A stretch of DNA of 56,830 bases from Deltaproteobacteria bacterium (GTDB lineage Bacteria > Myxococcota_A > UBA9160 > SMWR01), in the NCBI GenBank assembly GCA_032128375.1, contig JAQBGU010000076.1, positions 1-56,830 of the forward strand, in the 5' to 3' direction. Positions 27,587-37,276 of this stretch are shown piece by piece (position 1 is the first letter of the stretch; each line of letters opens with the position of its first letter). Under the pieces are notes generated by a model, which did no database searches, was not told where the DNA came from, and saw nothing but the letters and a program-made list of their open reading frames with translations. The position numbers and the translations under genes are program-made.

Positions 27587-29019
27587 GTGATCGGCTCTCC
27601 CGGGGGGGAGTTGGAGCGGGTCAGGACCTGGTGCTCTCGTATCAGAATCATCGCAGATCCGATCCAAAGCAGCACGAGAAATACATTGAATGCGAAGTAG
27701 CCAGTGGTTGACAGCAACAGTACATGGGTACCTACTAACACCGTGGCAGCCGCCAGCCCGTCTCCGAGGCGCACGAACAAAGTGTCGATGGTCGGTTTGC
27801 CTTTGAATTTCATCTCACTCGAGGCCGGCAGCCACAGCACATGCCGCGCGGTGTTGTTGATCGAGTAATCGGTCGAATTCTCTGCAATCTTCATGATCTT
27901 GATCACAAAAAGGATCGGCACGAGCGCCATCGCTGTATAGGAGATCAACGAGATGATCGGCATCATCAGCACGATCACCCCGAAGCCGCCGTATTTCAGC
28001 AGACGGGACGCAACGAGACCCTGCAACAGCAATGCGCAGATGTTGACCCAAGTGAAGAAATCGCCGTAGAACGCCGTCGTCCCATCGGAAGTGAACTGGC
28101 CGATGGCTGCCGCATCGGTGATTCCCAGCTGTGTGGCATCGCTCTTGAGTGTCTCGATAATTACACCGTAGAGCAGGTTTTCGCCGTTGGTATTGACCCA
28201 GCTCAGCAGCAGCGTCAGCGCTGCGGTCGCCAGCAGGAAACGACTCGAAAAAATCATCCGAAAGGTGCCGCGAGAATCGGTCTCGGGCGCTTCGGGTTGC
28301 ATCGGTGCAGACGCTTGCGGATCGGGCGATCGACTACCCGCCGGGTGCTCACGCCGTTCGGCGATCCGCGTCAGCACGATCGACCCCGCCAGCGGAACCA
28401 GCGCACCGAGCAACATTGCACCGGCGCCGAATTGACTCGACTTGACGACGGGGGCCACAAACGATGCCCCGAACGCCGCACCGCCGGTTCCACCGATTGC
28501 GATCATCGGCAACATGCGACGGCCGCGTTCGTCGCTGTAGATGTCGGCCGCGAAAGTCCAAAACTGCGCCACAACGAATACACCGAAGATCGACACCCAC
28601 ACGTAGAACGCCAAGCCGAAGATCGACTTCCCCAGACCCGGTGAGCCCCCCAACCCGACCATCAGGTCCAGTGGACCGTCGGGCCTGAACAGGAAAATGA
28701 AGACCAGAATCGCCATGCATACCAGCGTCGCGCGCGTCACCAGATCGATACGCGACATGCGGGTCGAAAAACGCGCATACCAGGCCACGATCGGCACCAG
28801 TACCATCGGCTGGGCGAAGGACAGGTAGGCTTTGATCTCGCGCTCGTTGAGGCCGGGAACTTCGGCAACCGAGAGCCAACCCTCGCGCAGAGGTTTGATG
28901 AAGTAGTAGGCGCATAGCACGAGGAACACGTTGAGAAACATCAACAGCGCCGTGATGCCCTCGCCAGCTCTCACATCCGTGAACAGGCACAGCAAACGCT
29001 CGAGTTTCGACAACTTCAC
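27583..29019 (-). CDS. NTT/TLC-family ATP/ADP translocase-like transporter (stand-alone)
   Basis: AYYFIKPLRE, FYVWVSIF..VAQFWTFAADIY, ENSTDYSINNTAR..LWLP, KFKGKPTIDTLFVRLGD. Confidence 0.88.
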   Translation of the reverse strand: MKLSKLERLLCLFTDVRAGEGITALLMFLNVFLVLCAYYFIKPLREGWLSVAEVPGLNEREIKAYLSFAQPMVLVPIVAWYARFSTRMSRIDLVTRATLVCMAILVFIFLFRPDGPLDLMVGLGGSPGLGKSIFGLAFYVWVSIFGVFVVAQFWTFAADIYSDERGRRMLPMIAIGGTGGAAFGASFVAPVVKSSQFGAGAMLLGALVPLAGSIVLTRIAERREHPAGSRSPDPQASAPMQPEAPETDSRGTFRMIFSSRFLLATAALTLLLSWVNTNGENLLYGVIIETLKSDATQLGITDAAAIGQFTSDGTTAFYGDFFTWVNICALLLQGLVASRLLKYGGFGVIVLMMPIISLISYTAMALVPILFVIKIMKIAENSTDYSINNTARHVLWLPASSEMKFKGKPTIDTLFVRLGDGLAAATVLVGTHVLLLSTTGYFAFNVFLVLLWIGSAMILIREHQVLTRSNSPPGEPIT

Positions 29020-29231
29020 AGACGCTTCACGATGGATTCACCCGTGGCAGAACCGCTTCCCGGCTGCGGCACTTCGTCTCATGGATTCATTCGAACGGAT
29101 CCAGACTGTAGTATCGAGGCACCGGCGGCGCGAGTTGAGTGGTGAGATTGGAGTGATCCATCAAGTGGAAACCGGTTCCGTCCAGCGGTGACGGCTGGAA
29201 CAATTCGCCTCGCCGCGAACTCGTCGCCTAC

Positions 29232-29273
29232 CAGATACAGCAATGCAGATACAGAAATGCAGATACAGAAATG
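29232..29273. repeat. 3 x 14-bp tandem repeat CAGATACAG(C/A)AATG
   Basis: Units at 29232, 29246 and 29260 in the divergent intergenic region. Confidence 0.85.
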
Positions 29274-29439
29274 GTTCCTCGAGCCGGAGGACTTTTTGAT
29301 CTTCGCCAGTGAATCTCAAGTCCTCAATCGGGGCTAAAGCCCTTCGTTCGGAAACTCGATACCCATCTGAATCGGTTCGAGCGGAGACCTCCACTTCGCT
29401 CGACTTCGAACGGCCGAACCGGATCGGTCGACCCAAACG

Positions 29440-29487
29440 ATCGACTTGCACATCGACTTACACATCGATCTGCACATCGACCTGAAG
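29440..29487. repeat. 4 x 12-bp imperfect tandem repeat ATCGAYYTRCAC
   Basis: Units at 29440, 29452, 29464 and 29476, immediately before the GT RBS. Confidence 0.8.
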
Positions 29488-29499
29488 AAAGGCACCCAG

Positions 29500-30771
29500 T
29501 TGCGTATTGCATTGGCGACCGAAGGAACACGTGGCGACGTATACCCGATGCTCGCGCTGGCCGAAGCGTTTCAGGCCCGCGGACACGAGCCGGTGGTGTG
29601 CGCCCCACCAGATTTCGCTCAGGACGCAGCCGATCGTGGCATCGAATTTCGACCGATCGGAAACAGCGTACACGCGTTTCTGGACGATCAGTCGCACGCA
29701 ATCGCCGGCGGGGGCGTACAACTGCTCCGTGGCATACACAACTATATGCGCGAGGCGATCGGTCGCCAATTTGCCGAACTACCCGACGCGACACGCGGCG
29801 CAGACCTGATCATCGGTGCCGGCGTACAGGCCGCGGCCGGCTCATGTGCGGACCTGTACGACATCCCGTACCGCTACGTAGTCTATTGCCCTGTGATCAT
29901 CCCGTCTCCGGAGTACGCGCCGCTACTATCCCCATCGCGACCGCTTCCGCGCTGGATGAATCGGATGATGTGGAGCCTGTCGCGCTTCGGTTTCAATGTC
30001 GCGCTGCGCCCCCAGATCAATTCGTTGCGCAGTGTACTCGGCCTGGCGCCAATCGAGGACCTCTACCGCTATCTGCTCTCGGAACGCACCGTCATCGCCT
30101 GCGATCGGGAACTGATCTCAATTTCTGCCCGGCTGGCTGCCTCGACAGACACGATTCGATGTCTGCATCCGATGGAGTCGGCAGCGCTTCCTACCAAACT
30201 CGAAGCATTCCTCGACGCTGGCCCGGCGCCGGTCTACTTGGGATTCGGCAGCATGACCGACCCGGATCCCGCCGCAACCACGCAAACGATGCTCGAAGCG
30301 ATTGCGCGGGTCGGCTGCCGCGCGCTGATTTCCGAAGGCTGGGCGGGACTCGGCCAGGGGCCGCTCCCGGAAGGTGTCATGGCCGTCGGACGCTGTTCCC
30401 ATGCGACGCTGTTTCGTCGCGTGGCTGCGGTCGTTCACCACGGTGGTGCCGGGACCACGACCACCGCCGCACGCGCCGGTGCCCCGCAGGTTCTGATTCC
30501 GCATCTGCTCGACCAGTACTACTGGGCAAATCGCGTGTCCCAACTGGGGTTGGGACCGCCAGCGATTCGCCGCAACCGCCTTACCGCACGACAACTCGCA
30601 GACACGCTTTGCGCCACTCTCGACAACGAACTACTCGCCGAGCGGGCCGCTGAACTCGGCTGCCGGCTTCGCGACGGGGCCACGGCCGACCCGACTACGG
30701 TGTTTCTCCGTTCATCGGGCGCAACACGCAAAAGCGACCCGGATCATCGGGTCAGAATCAGCGCCCCATGA
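29500..30771 (+). CDS. GT1/GT28-like glycosyltransferase (sterol/glycopeptide Gtf-like)
   Basis: TTG 29500 after AAAGG; RIALATEGTRGDV.P, PVYLGFGSM, VHHGGAGTT, DQYYWA. Confidence 0.9.
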   Translation: MRIALATEGTRGDVYPMLALAEAFQARGHEPVVCAPPDFAQDAADRGIEFRPIGNSVHAFLDDQSHAIAGGGVQLLRGIHNYMREAIGRQFAELPDATRGADLIIGAGVQAAAGSCADLYDIPYRYVVYCPVIIPSPEYAPLLSPSRPLPRWMNRMMWSLSRFGFNVALRPQINSLRSVLGLAPIEDLYRYLLSERTVIACDRELISISARLAASTDTIRCLHPMESAALPTKLEAFLDAGPAPVYLGFGSMTDPDPAATTQTMLEAIARVGCRALISEGWAGLGQGPLPEGVMAVGRCSHATLFRRVAAVVHHGGAGTTTTAARAGAPQVLIPHLLDQYYWANRVSQLGLGPPAIRRNRLTARQLADTLCATLDNELLAERAAELGCRLRDGATADPTTVFLRSSGATRKSDPDHRVRISAP

Positions 30772-32096
30772 GCCGGGCCACGGAACCGAAGCCAGGCCAT
30801 CAACCCGATTGCGACCGTCGCGAGCCCAGCACACAACCCCCACCAGATGCCGGGGAGCCCCCAGCCCTGCGCCAAGCTGAGCCAGGCAGCCAGCGGAATT
30901 GCAATGATCCAGTAGCCAAACAGGTTCAACCAGGCTGCCGGAGCGGTTCGTCCCATGCCGCGCAGCACCCCACAACCCGCGACCTGTGCACCGTCGAAGA
31001 ACTGGAATGCAGCAGCGATCGGCAGGATCGACGCGGCGAGCGAAATCAGTTCGGTGTCCGCGCTGTACAGAGCTGGCAGCTGCCAGCGGAAAAGTGCGAA
31101 TAACACCGCCGAGATTCCCATCACGCCCGAAGCGAGAGCGATCGCCACCCAACCGGCTCGCTGTGCCGCCATCGGTTGCGCTGCACCGAGCAGGTTCCCC
31201 ACGCGGGTGACAGCACCTTGCGAAATGCCGAGCGGCAGCATGAACGCCAATGAAGCCATATTGAGGACGACCGAATGCGCGGCCGCTGGGCCGGCTCCCA
31301 GCCGGCCGGCCAGCAGCGTCGCCGCCGAGAACGCCCAGACCTCGAGCGACATCTGGATTGCAACCGGAAAGCCGAACCTGGCGATCCGACACAACCCGCG
31401 GGCCTCGAATGCTTCTCGGCTCCACGGCTGCCAGGCCCCTTCCTGCAGCGAGAAGCCCCAGATCAATCCCAGCATCGCAAACAGGGTCGCGCCTCGCGTC
31501 AGCCCAGTTGCGATCCCCGCCCCGTACAGGCCCAGTTCAGGCAACCCCAGGTGGCCAAAGATCAACGCCCAGTTCGCGATCCCGTTGAACAAGTTGGCGA
31601 ATAACATGACCCACATGCCAGGGCGCACGATTTCGCGACCCGTGAGGTACTGCCGCAGCGCCAGGAACAGCAGAAATAGCGGTAGACTCGGCGCCTGCAC
31701 CAGCGCATAACGGTGTGCAGCGTGCGCCAGCGCAGGGTCCTGTCCGACGAAAAGCAAAAAGGGCTCGGTCGCCATCAAGATCCCGCCTAGCGGTACGCCC
31801 GCCATCGCGGCGATGATCAAACCGCGCTGCAGAACCAGCCCGATGCGAGCGCCGCCCCCGGCGCCGTGAAACTGCGTCACGAGCGGATCGATCCCGTGGA
31901 TCAGCCCTTCTCCGATCAGCAACAGCCCGTAGATCCACGCATTCGCGATCGCGGCGGCCGCCAAAGCCTCTCCGCTGACGCGCCCGACCATCAGCGTGTC
32001 GACTGTCCCGAGCAGCATGCTGCCAAACTGAGCCGCCATGACGGGCAGCGCGAGGCTCGCGAGCTTTCGCGCCTCGCGGATTACGGGGGACATCAA
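30744..32096 (-). CDS. MATE family efflux transporter (NorM-like)
   Basis: LALPV..Q..VDTLMVGR, RVGNLLGA, FQFFDGAQV..GVLRGMG; multiple TM segments. Confidence 0.92.
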   Translation of the reverse strand: MMSPVIREARKLASLALPVMAAQFGSMLLGTVDTLMVGRVSGEALAAAAIANAWIYGLLLIGEGLIHGIDPLVTQFHGAGGGARIGLVLQRGLIIAAMAGVPLGGILMATEPFLLFVGQDPALAHAAHRYALVQAPSLPLFLLFLALRQYLTGREIVRPGMWVMLFANLFNGIANWALIFGHLGLPELGLYGAGIATGLTRGATLFAMLGLIWGFSLQEGAWQPWSREAFEARGLCRIARFGFPVAIQMSLEVWAFSAATLLAGRLGAGPAAAHSVVLNMASLAFMLPLGISQGAVTRVGNLLGAAQPMAAQRAGWVAIALASGVMGISAVLFALFRWQLPALYSADTELISLAASILPIAAAFQFFDGAQVAGCGVLRGMGRTAPAAWLNLFGYWIIAIPLAAWLSLAQGWGLPGIWWGLCAGLATVAIGLMAWLRFRGPAHGALILTR

Positions 32097-32172
32097 TCGC
32101 CACCTCGATCCCGGTCATCCGAGCGCCGCACGCTCGGGTCAGTTCGACGCTGAGCGGTGTCTCGACGCTGGA

Positions 32173-33273
32173 TCAAGCCAGATACAGATACGTCCCTTTG
32201 TCGTCCTCGCTTCGCTCTGCGTTTCCCGCGATGCGCAGATGTTCGAGGTGCGCGTAGGTCTCGCTCTCTGCCATCCCCCCCCAACTGCGAGGTTTGAACA
32301 ACCGCTGCATGAAGGTCTCGACATTGGCCGGGGCACCGATCTCACGAGAGATCGATACGACCTCACTGAGCCGCTGATGGTGGTGGCGCTTGATGGCCTC
32401 GGAGCGCGCCTTGAGATCGCCGAACGGGTGACCATGGGCGGGAAGCACGGTTTCGACGTCGCGAATCTCGGCGACACGGTCGAGTGAGTAGAAAAACGAA
32501 CTCAACGGGTCCGGCGACGAAGAAATCCCCGAGATGTGAGGCGTAATGGTCGGGAGAACGTGATCTCCGGCCAGAAAAACACCGCTCTCGGGATCGTGAA
32601 GGCAGAAATGGTCGCCGGTGTGACCGGGCGTGTGGACGACGAACCATTCGCGGTTCGCCAAAATCAGCACGTCGCCATGTTCGACAGGATGCGTGATCTC
32701 AGGAACGATCGAGCCCTTGCCGATCGCACCCATCATCCGCCACTTCAAGCGCGTCTTGAACGGCGGACGCGGTCGCTCGCCACCCCACGGCGTCTTGCCC
32801 CTCGAAAACTCGCGCATCGATTCGGTGGGTGTCTGTGACGCAGACGCGTCCTCAGGATTGTGTTCGTCGACTGTCTCGGCGGCGACATCGTCGGCCGAAA
32901 CCTCTGCGTGCGCGTCGGAGCCCATCGGACCGAAGCGGAACGTTCGGTGAGCGACGACCTTCGCGCCGGATTCCTTCGCAAAACGCGACGCACCACCGAA
33001 GTGGTCCGGGTGAGAATGCGTGACGATCACCGTGTGGACGTTCTTGGGGGTCAGCCCGGCCTGACGCAGGCGTTCTCCGAGCGCTCGCCAGGTTCCGGGA
33101 CCGGGCAACCCGGGATCCACGACCGCCGCCCCGTCCTTGTCGATGATCGCATAGCAATTGACGTGGCCGAGCCCAGGCATGTGGATCGGCAACTCCATCC
33201 GCAGTACGTCCGGTGCGACTTCGCTGACCTCTGATCGCGCATCTTCCTGTTCTTCGCGTTTTGCCATCGCCAC
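32173..33273 (-). CDS. MBL-fold metallo-hydrolase
   Basis: THSHPDHFG, HTPGHTGDH, GDHVLP, PAHG. Confidence 0.9.
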   Translation of the reverse strand: MAMAKREEQEDARSEVSEVAPDVLRMELPIHMPGLGHVNCYAIIDKDGAAVVDPGLPGPGTWRALGERLRQAGLTPKNVHTVIVTHSHPDHFGGASRFAKESGAKVVAHRTFRFGPMGSDAHAEVSADDVAAETVDEHNPEDASASQTPTESMREFSRGKTPWGGERPRPPFKTRLKWRMMGAIGKGSIVPEITHPVEHGDVLILANREWFVVHTPGHTGDHFCLHDPESGVFLAGDHVLPTITPHISGISSSPDPLSSFFYSLDRVAEIRDVETVLPAHGHPFGDLKARSEAIKRHHHQRLSEVVSISREIGAPANVETFMQRLFKPRSWGGMAESETYAHLEHLRIAGNAERSEDDKGTYLYLA

Positions 33274-33432
33274 ACGCTAGCAGCCCAACCAGAATAGTTG
33301 CGCTTCCAAGGACTTGGGAATCAAAACGCGCATTCGACAGACTCGAAACGTTGCTTCAAGGCCCGAAGGAAACCGGCCGATTGACACCTGGTGGGCCCTG
33401 CGCGGGGACCCACCCGGAGAACTTGGATCGAT

Positions 33433-34620
33433 ATGCACCTGCGAGACGCCAACCCCGCGATCCTGTTCCTACACGACGGTGAGCTCTCTGAGTTCCGCGA
33501 GCCGCTGTCGACACTCGGCAGCGGAGTCGCCGAACGTTACAGCGGACCGAGCGATCAGGATCGGGCCCAGGCGTGGGACCTGATACTCGCCTCTTCGAAG
33601 CAAATGCTCGCGCTGGAGTGGCCACTCAGCGAGATTCCGACCGTTCGCATCGCGGTACTCGATGCCGATTCGAAGACGCTGCGCACCCTGCTGCGCAGAG
33701 CCGGCACCGATTTGCTGGTCAGACGCCCGGTTCATCCCGCCGCGCTGCGGTTGTTGATCTTGCACGCGCTCTACCAGGGGACCGAAAAGCGTCGAACGAG
33801 CCGCGTCAGCGTCGGAGCTGCAATTCGGTTCCGTTCAGGGCTACGCCGGCGCAACGCGATCCTGACCGAGCTATCTCCGACCGGATGCCGAATGCTCGCG
33901 CCGATCGGTTCACTCAGCGCGAAACGCGGTGCGAGCCTGACCCTCCAGTTCTCTGCCGAATTGTGCGGCGGACGCGCGCTCAGGCTTTCGGGTCGGATAC
34001 TCCGCGTCGAGCCAGACGCGTGCGGAACCAACGCAATCGCGGTCAGCTTCGCAAAGCTTCGATCCTCGATCGACGAGCAACTTCGATCCGTGATCGCGGC
34101 GCACGGCGAAGGTCCGGCCATGCTGGAAAGCGATGCGGCGAGCGCGCGCGCTTCGCTGCCCGATCAGGTGCAGGCAGAGGCCCGACAGTCCGGCGCTGAC
34201 GCAGCCCTCAGCGACGTCATCCCGACATGCGAGACGAATTCCGAGCGCCGCCAGCAGCCACGTCACGACGTCGAGCGGAGAGTGATCGCTCTCGGCGAGC
34301 AGGCATCGCGGGTGTTGATCGTTCGAGATCTATCGGCCGGCGGACTGCGGGTCGATCCCGCGCCGGGACTCAGAGTCGGCGACCTGATGAAAATCGCCCT
34401 TCATATAGACCCGATTCATCCGCCCCTCGTGGTGGATGTCGAAATCGCACGCGACGACGACGACGCTGGACTCGGACTTCGCTTCTTGAACCTCGCGCCC
34501 GATCAGCACGAGCTGATTACGAACATGCTCGGCGAGCTGCCCGGGATCAGTGAGCCGGACGAGTCCGCCCAATCGCGTTGTGTGTTTGTCTCTGAGGTCC
34601 TCGAGCGCCAATCAGGCTGA
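33433..34620 (+). CDS. Tandem PilZ-domain protein with receiver-like N-terminus
   Basis: KRRTSR..ELSPTG and ERRQQPR..DLSAGG; ATG 33433 preferred over track start 33391. Confidence 0.8.
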   Translation: MHLRDANPAILFLHDGELSEFREPLSTLGSGVAERYSGPSDQDRAQAWDLILASSKQMLALEWPLSEIPTVRIAVLDADSKTLRTLLRRAGTDLLVRRPVHPAALRLLILHALYQGTEKRRTSRVSVGAAIRFRSGLRRRNAILTELSPTGCRMLAPIGSLSAKRGASLTLQFSAELCGGRALRLSGRILRVEPDACGTNAIAVSFAKLRSSIDEQLRSVIAAHGEGPAMLESDAASARASLPDQVQAEARQSGADAALSDVIPTCETNSERRQQPRHDVERRVIALGEQASRVLIVRDLSAGGLRVDPAPGLRVGDLMKIALHIDPIHPPLVVDVEIARDDDDAGLGLRFLNLAPDQHELITNMLGELPGISEPDESAQSRCVFVSEVLERQSG

Positions 34621-34639
34621 TCGATCGACCAAGGATCCC

Positions 34640-35167
34640 TCAGCCAGAGATCGTCGGGACGGACAGGGTCTCCTCCGGGTCGAACTCGATATCGTCGTTA
34701 TCAGCGCCTATCGAATCTGCATCAGCGTGGCTCGAAGCTGCATCCTGCGCGTCCCTTGCCGACTTTTCATCGACGTTCGCTGGCGGCTCGACGAGTTGCG
34801 GTGGCGGGAGGCCCTCAGTGAGGCCGACGAAGCCTTCAGGACAAAGCGTGCTCGCGCCCTTGGTCAGGTGTTCGTAGACTGATCGATACTGCCCGGTCAG
34901 GTCGCGCAGCAGGTCCGACGTTCCGGAAAAATGGTCGACGACGTTCAGCCGATACTCGTCGTACGCTTGGCGGCCGGCATCGAGTTCGTTGCGCAGACGC
35001 TCGGCCTCAGCTTCGCTGCGCGCTTGTTCCCTGTGGGCGGTGCTCAACTCAGCTTCCAACTCGAGTAGCCGCGTGACGCTGGCACTCGTCCGTCGCCCCA
35101 GCATGAATGCCGCCGCCGCCATCACCAACCCCGCAACGCCGAGGTAGATCGCAGATTCCAGATTCAT
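34640..35167 (-). CDS. yhcB: YhcB/ZapG (DUF1043)-like membrane-anchored coiled-coil protein
   Basis: N-terminal TM; YDEYRLNVVDHFSGTSDLLRDLTGQYRSVYEHLTKGASTL. Confidence 0.75.
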   Translation of the reverse strand: MNLESAIYLGVAGLVMAAAAFMLGRRTSASVTRLLELEAELSTAHREQARSEAEAERLRNELDAGRQAYDEYRLNVVDHFSGTSDLLRDLTGQYRSVYEHLTKGASTLCPEGFVGLTEGLPPPQLVEPPANVDEKSARDAQDAASSHADADSIGADNDDIEFDPEETLSVPTISG

Positions 35168-35452
35168 CGACGCCCCTTTCTCCCGTTCTGCTGCATCACC
35201 TCTCCTGCATCACTGCACGAAGCGACTGCATACGTAAGCCGGCTCAACCGCCGGCTGCCGAAGTCGAGTCGTTCGACCGCAGCGCCGCACCATTCTAGCA
35301 GCCGAACCGAGAACGCCCGCTTCGCGGGGCGGGCATCGCCGTTGACGCAAAGAAACCCGACGCTTCGGACCTGGGAGCTTTGCCTCCCCTTGACGATTCG
35401 TTCGAATCGTCCACTCTTCACCACCCTCCCCCCTGCATTCGTTTCGGTGCCA

Positions 35453-37270
35453 ATGGCGACAAAACCCGTTGCATATGACGAGAGCACGATCCAGACGCTC
35501 GACGCGCTCGAGCACATCCGTCTGCGAAGCGGAATGTACATCGGGCGTCTCGGTGATGGCAGCCACCCGCTCGACGGCATCTATGTGATGCTGAAGGAAG
35601 TCATCGACAACGCGATCGATGAGTTCATCATGGGTGAAGGCAAGGTGATCGAAATCGATCGAGACGGCGACGAGCTCAACGTGCGCGATTTCGGCCGCGG
35701 AATTCCGTTGGGAAAGCTGATCGACTGCGTGAGCAAGATCAACACCGGGGGAAAATACAACGACAAGGTATTCCAGTTCTCGGTCGGCTTGAACGGCGTC
35801 GGAACCAAGGCTGTCAACGCGCTATCGGCGAATTTCGAGGCGACAAGCTGGCGCGAAGGCAAGTTTCGCACGGCAGACTTCGAGCGCGGCATTCTCAAGA
35901 CCGACAAGAAGGGCGGCGACAAGGAGACACCGTCGGGAACGTTGGTTCGATTCACGCCGGATCACGAAATTTTCCCCGAATACACCTGGAACGAGGAGTT
36001 CATCGAGAACCGGCTCCGCTACTACACCTATCTCAACGCGGGATTGTCGATTCTGTACAACGGCACGCGGTTCCACAGTACACACGGACTCGCCGACCTG
36101 TTGGCTCACGAAATCGGCGACGAGCCCCCGCTCTACGATGCAATCCACAGCCGGCAAGATCGCATCGAGTTCGCCTTCACCCACACCCACAATTACGGCG
36201 AGACATACTACTGCTTCGTCAACGGCCAGTACACCAACGATGGCGGAACACACCAGACAGCGTTTCGCGAAGGGCTCCTCAAAGGCGTCAACGAGTTTTC
36301 GAAACAAAATTTCTCCGGCGAGGACGTGCGCGATGGAATCGTCGGTGCCGTCAGCATCCGGGTTCAAGACCCGGTCTTCGATAGCCAGACCAAGAACAAA
36401 TTGGGAAGCACCGATGTGCGCGGTTGGATGGTGCCGGCAGTCCGTGAGCAAGTCGTCTTGTGGTTACACCAGAACCGCGAGGTCGCCAGCAGCTTGATCG
36501 AGAAGATCAAGGTCAACGAACGCATCCGCAAGGAGTTGGCGTCCATCAAAAAGGACGCGCGAGATCGTGCCAAGAAGGTGACGATTCGCATCCCAAAGCT
36601 GACCGACTGCAAATTCCACTTCGACCAGCCCAACGCCAAGCGCCGCGGGGAAACGACGGTGTTCATCACCGAGGGTGATTCTGCGGGCGGTGTGATGGTC
36701 CAATGCCGCGATGTCTACACGCAAGCGATCTTCGCGCTGCGCGGAAAGCCGCTCAACTGTCACGGCCTCAAGCGCGACGCGATTTACAAGAACGAAGAGC
36801 TGTATAACCTGATGAAGGCTCTCGGCATCGAGGACGGTCTGGACGGCCTCCGCTACAACAAGGTCGTGATCGCGACGGACGCCGACATTGACGGCATGCA
36901 CATCCGCAACCTGCTGCTGACCTACTTCCTGCGTTACTTCGAGGAACTCGTCATCAAGGGCCATCTCTACTTCCTCGAGACACCGCTGTTTCGGGTGCGC
37001 AACAAGAACGAAACCCGCTACTGCTTTTCCGAAGCCGAACGGGACGCTGCGCAGCAGTCCCTGCGCTCCCCGGAGACCACGCGCTTCAAGGGCCTCGGCG
37101 AGATCAGTCCGCACGAATTCAAACCGTTCATTTCCAACGACATGCGTATCGTACCGGTCGTAATCCACAACATCGGAGAAGTCGCCCACTGTCTCGACTT
37201 CTTCATGGGTCGCAACACGCCGGAGCGCAAGGAGTTCATCATCGATAACCTCGTCACCGACATGGACTAG
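35453..37270 (+). CDS. parE: Type IIA topoisomerase B subunit (topo IV ParE-type)
   Basis: EHIRLRSGMYIG, EVIDNAIDE, GLNGVG, TEGDSA, LRGKPLN, TDADIDG, RFKGLGEI. Confidence 0.85.
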   Translation: MATKPVAYDESTIQTLDALEHIRLRSGMYIGRLGDGSHPLDGIYVMLKEVIDNAIDEFIMGEGKVIEIDRDGDELNVRDFGRGIPLGKLIDCVSKINTGGKYNDKVFQFSVGLNGVGTKAVNALSANFEATSWREGKFRTADFERGILKTDKKGGDKETPSGTLVRFTPDHEIFPEYTWNEEFIENRLRYYTYLNAGLSILYNGTRFHSTHGLADLLAHEIGDEPPLYDAIHSRQDRIEFAFTHTHNYGETYYCFVNGQYTNDGGTHQTAFREGLLKGVNEFSKQNFSGEDVRDGIVGAVSIRVQDPVFDSQTKNKLGSTDVRGWMVPAVREQVVLWLHQNREVASSLIEKIKVNERIRKELASIKKDARDRAKKVTIRIPKLTDCKFHFDQPNAKRRGETTVFITEGDSAGGVMVQCRDVYTQAIFALRGKPLNCHGLKRDAIYKNEELYNLMKALGIEDGLDGLRYNKVVIATDADIDGMHIRNLLLTYFLRYFEELVIKGHLYFLETPLFRVRNKNETRYCFSEAERDAAQQSLRSPETTRFKGLGEISPHEFKPFISNDMRIVPVVIHNIGEVAHCLDFFMGRNTPERKEFIIDNLVTDMD

Positions 37271-37276
37271 CTCGAA

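Noticed and set aside
35315..35334. GC hairpin GCCCGC..GCGGGC as a terminator
   Set aside because: No U-tract, and it lies between divergently transcribed genes.
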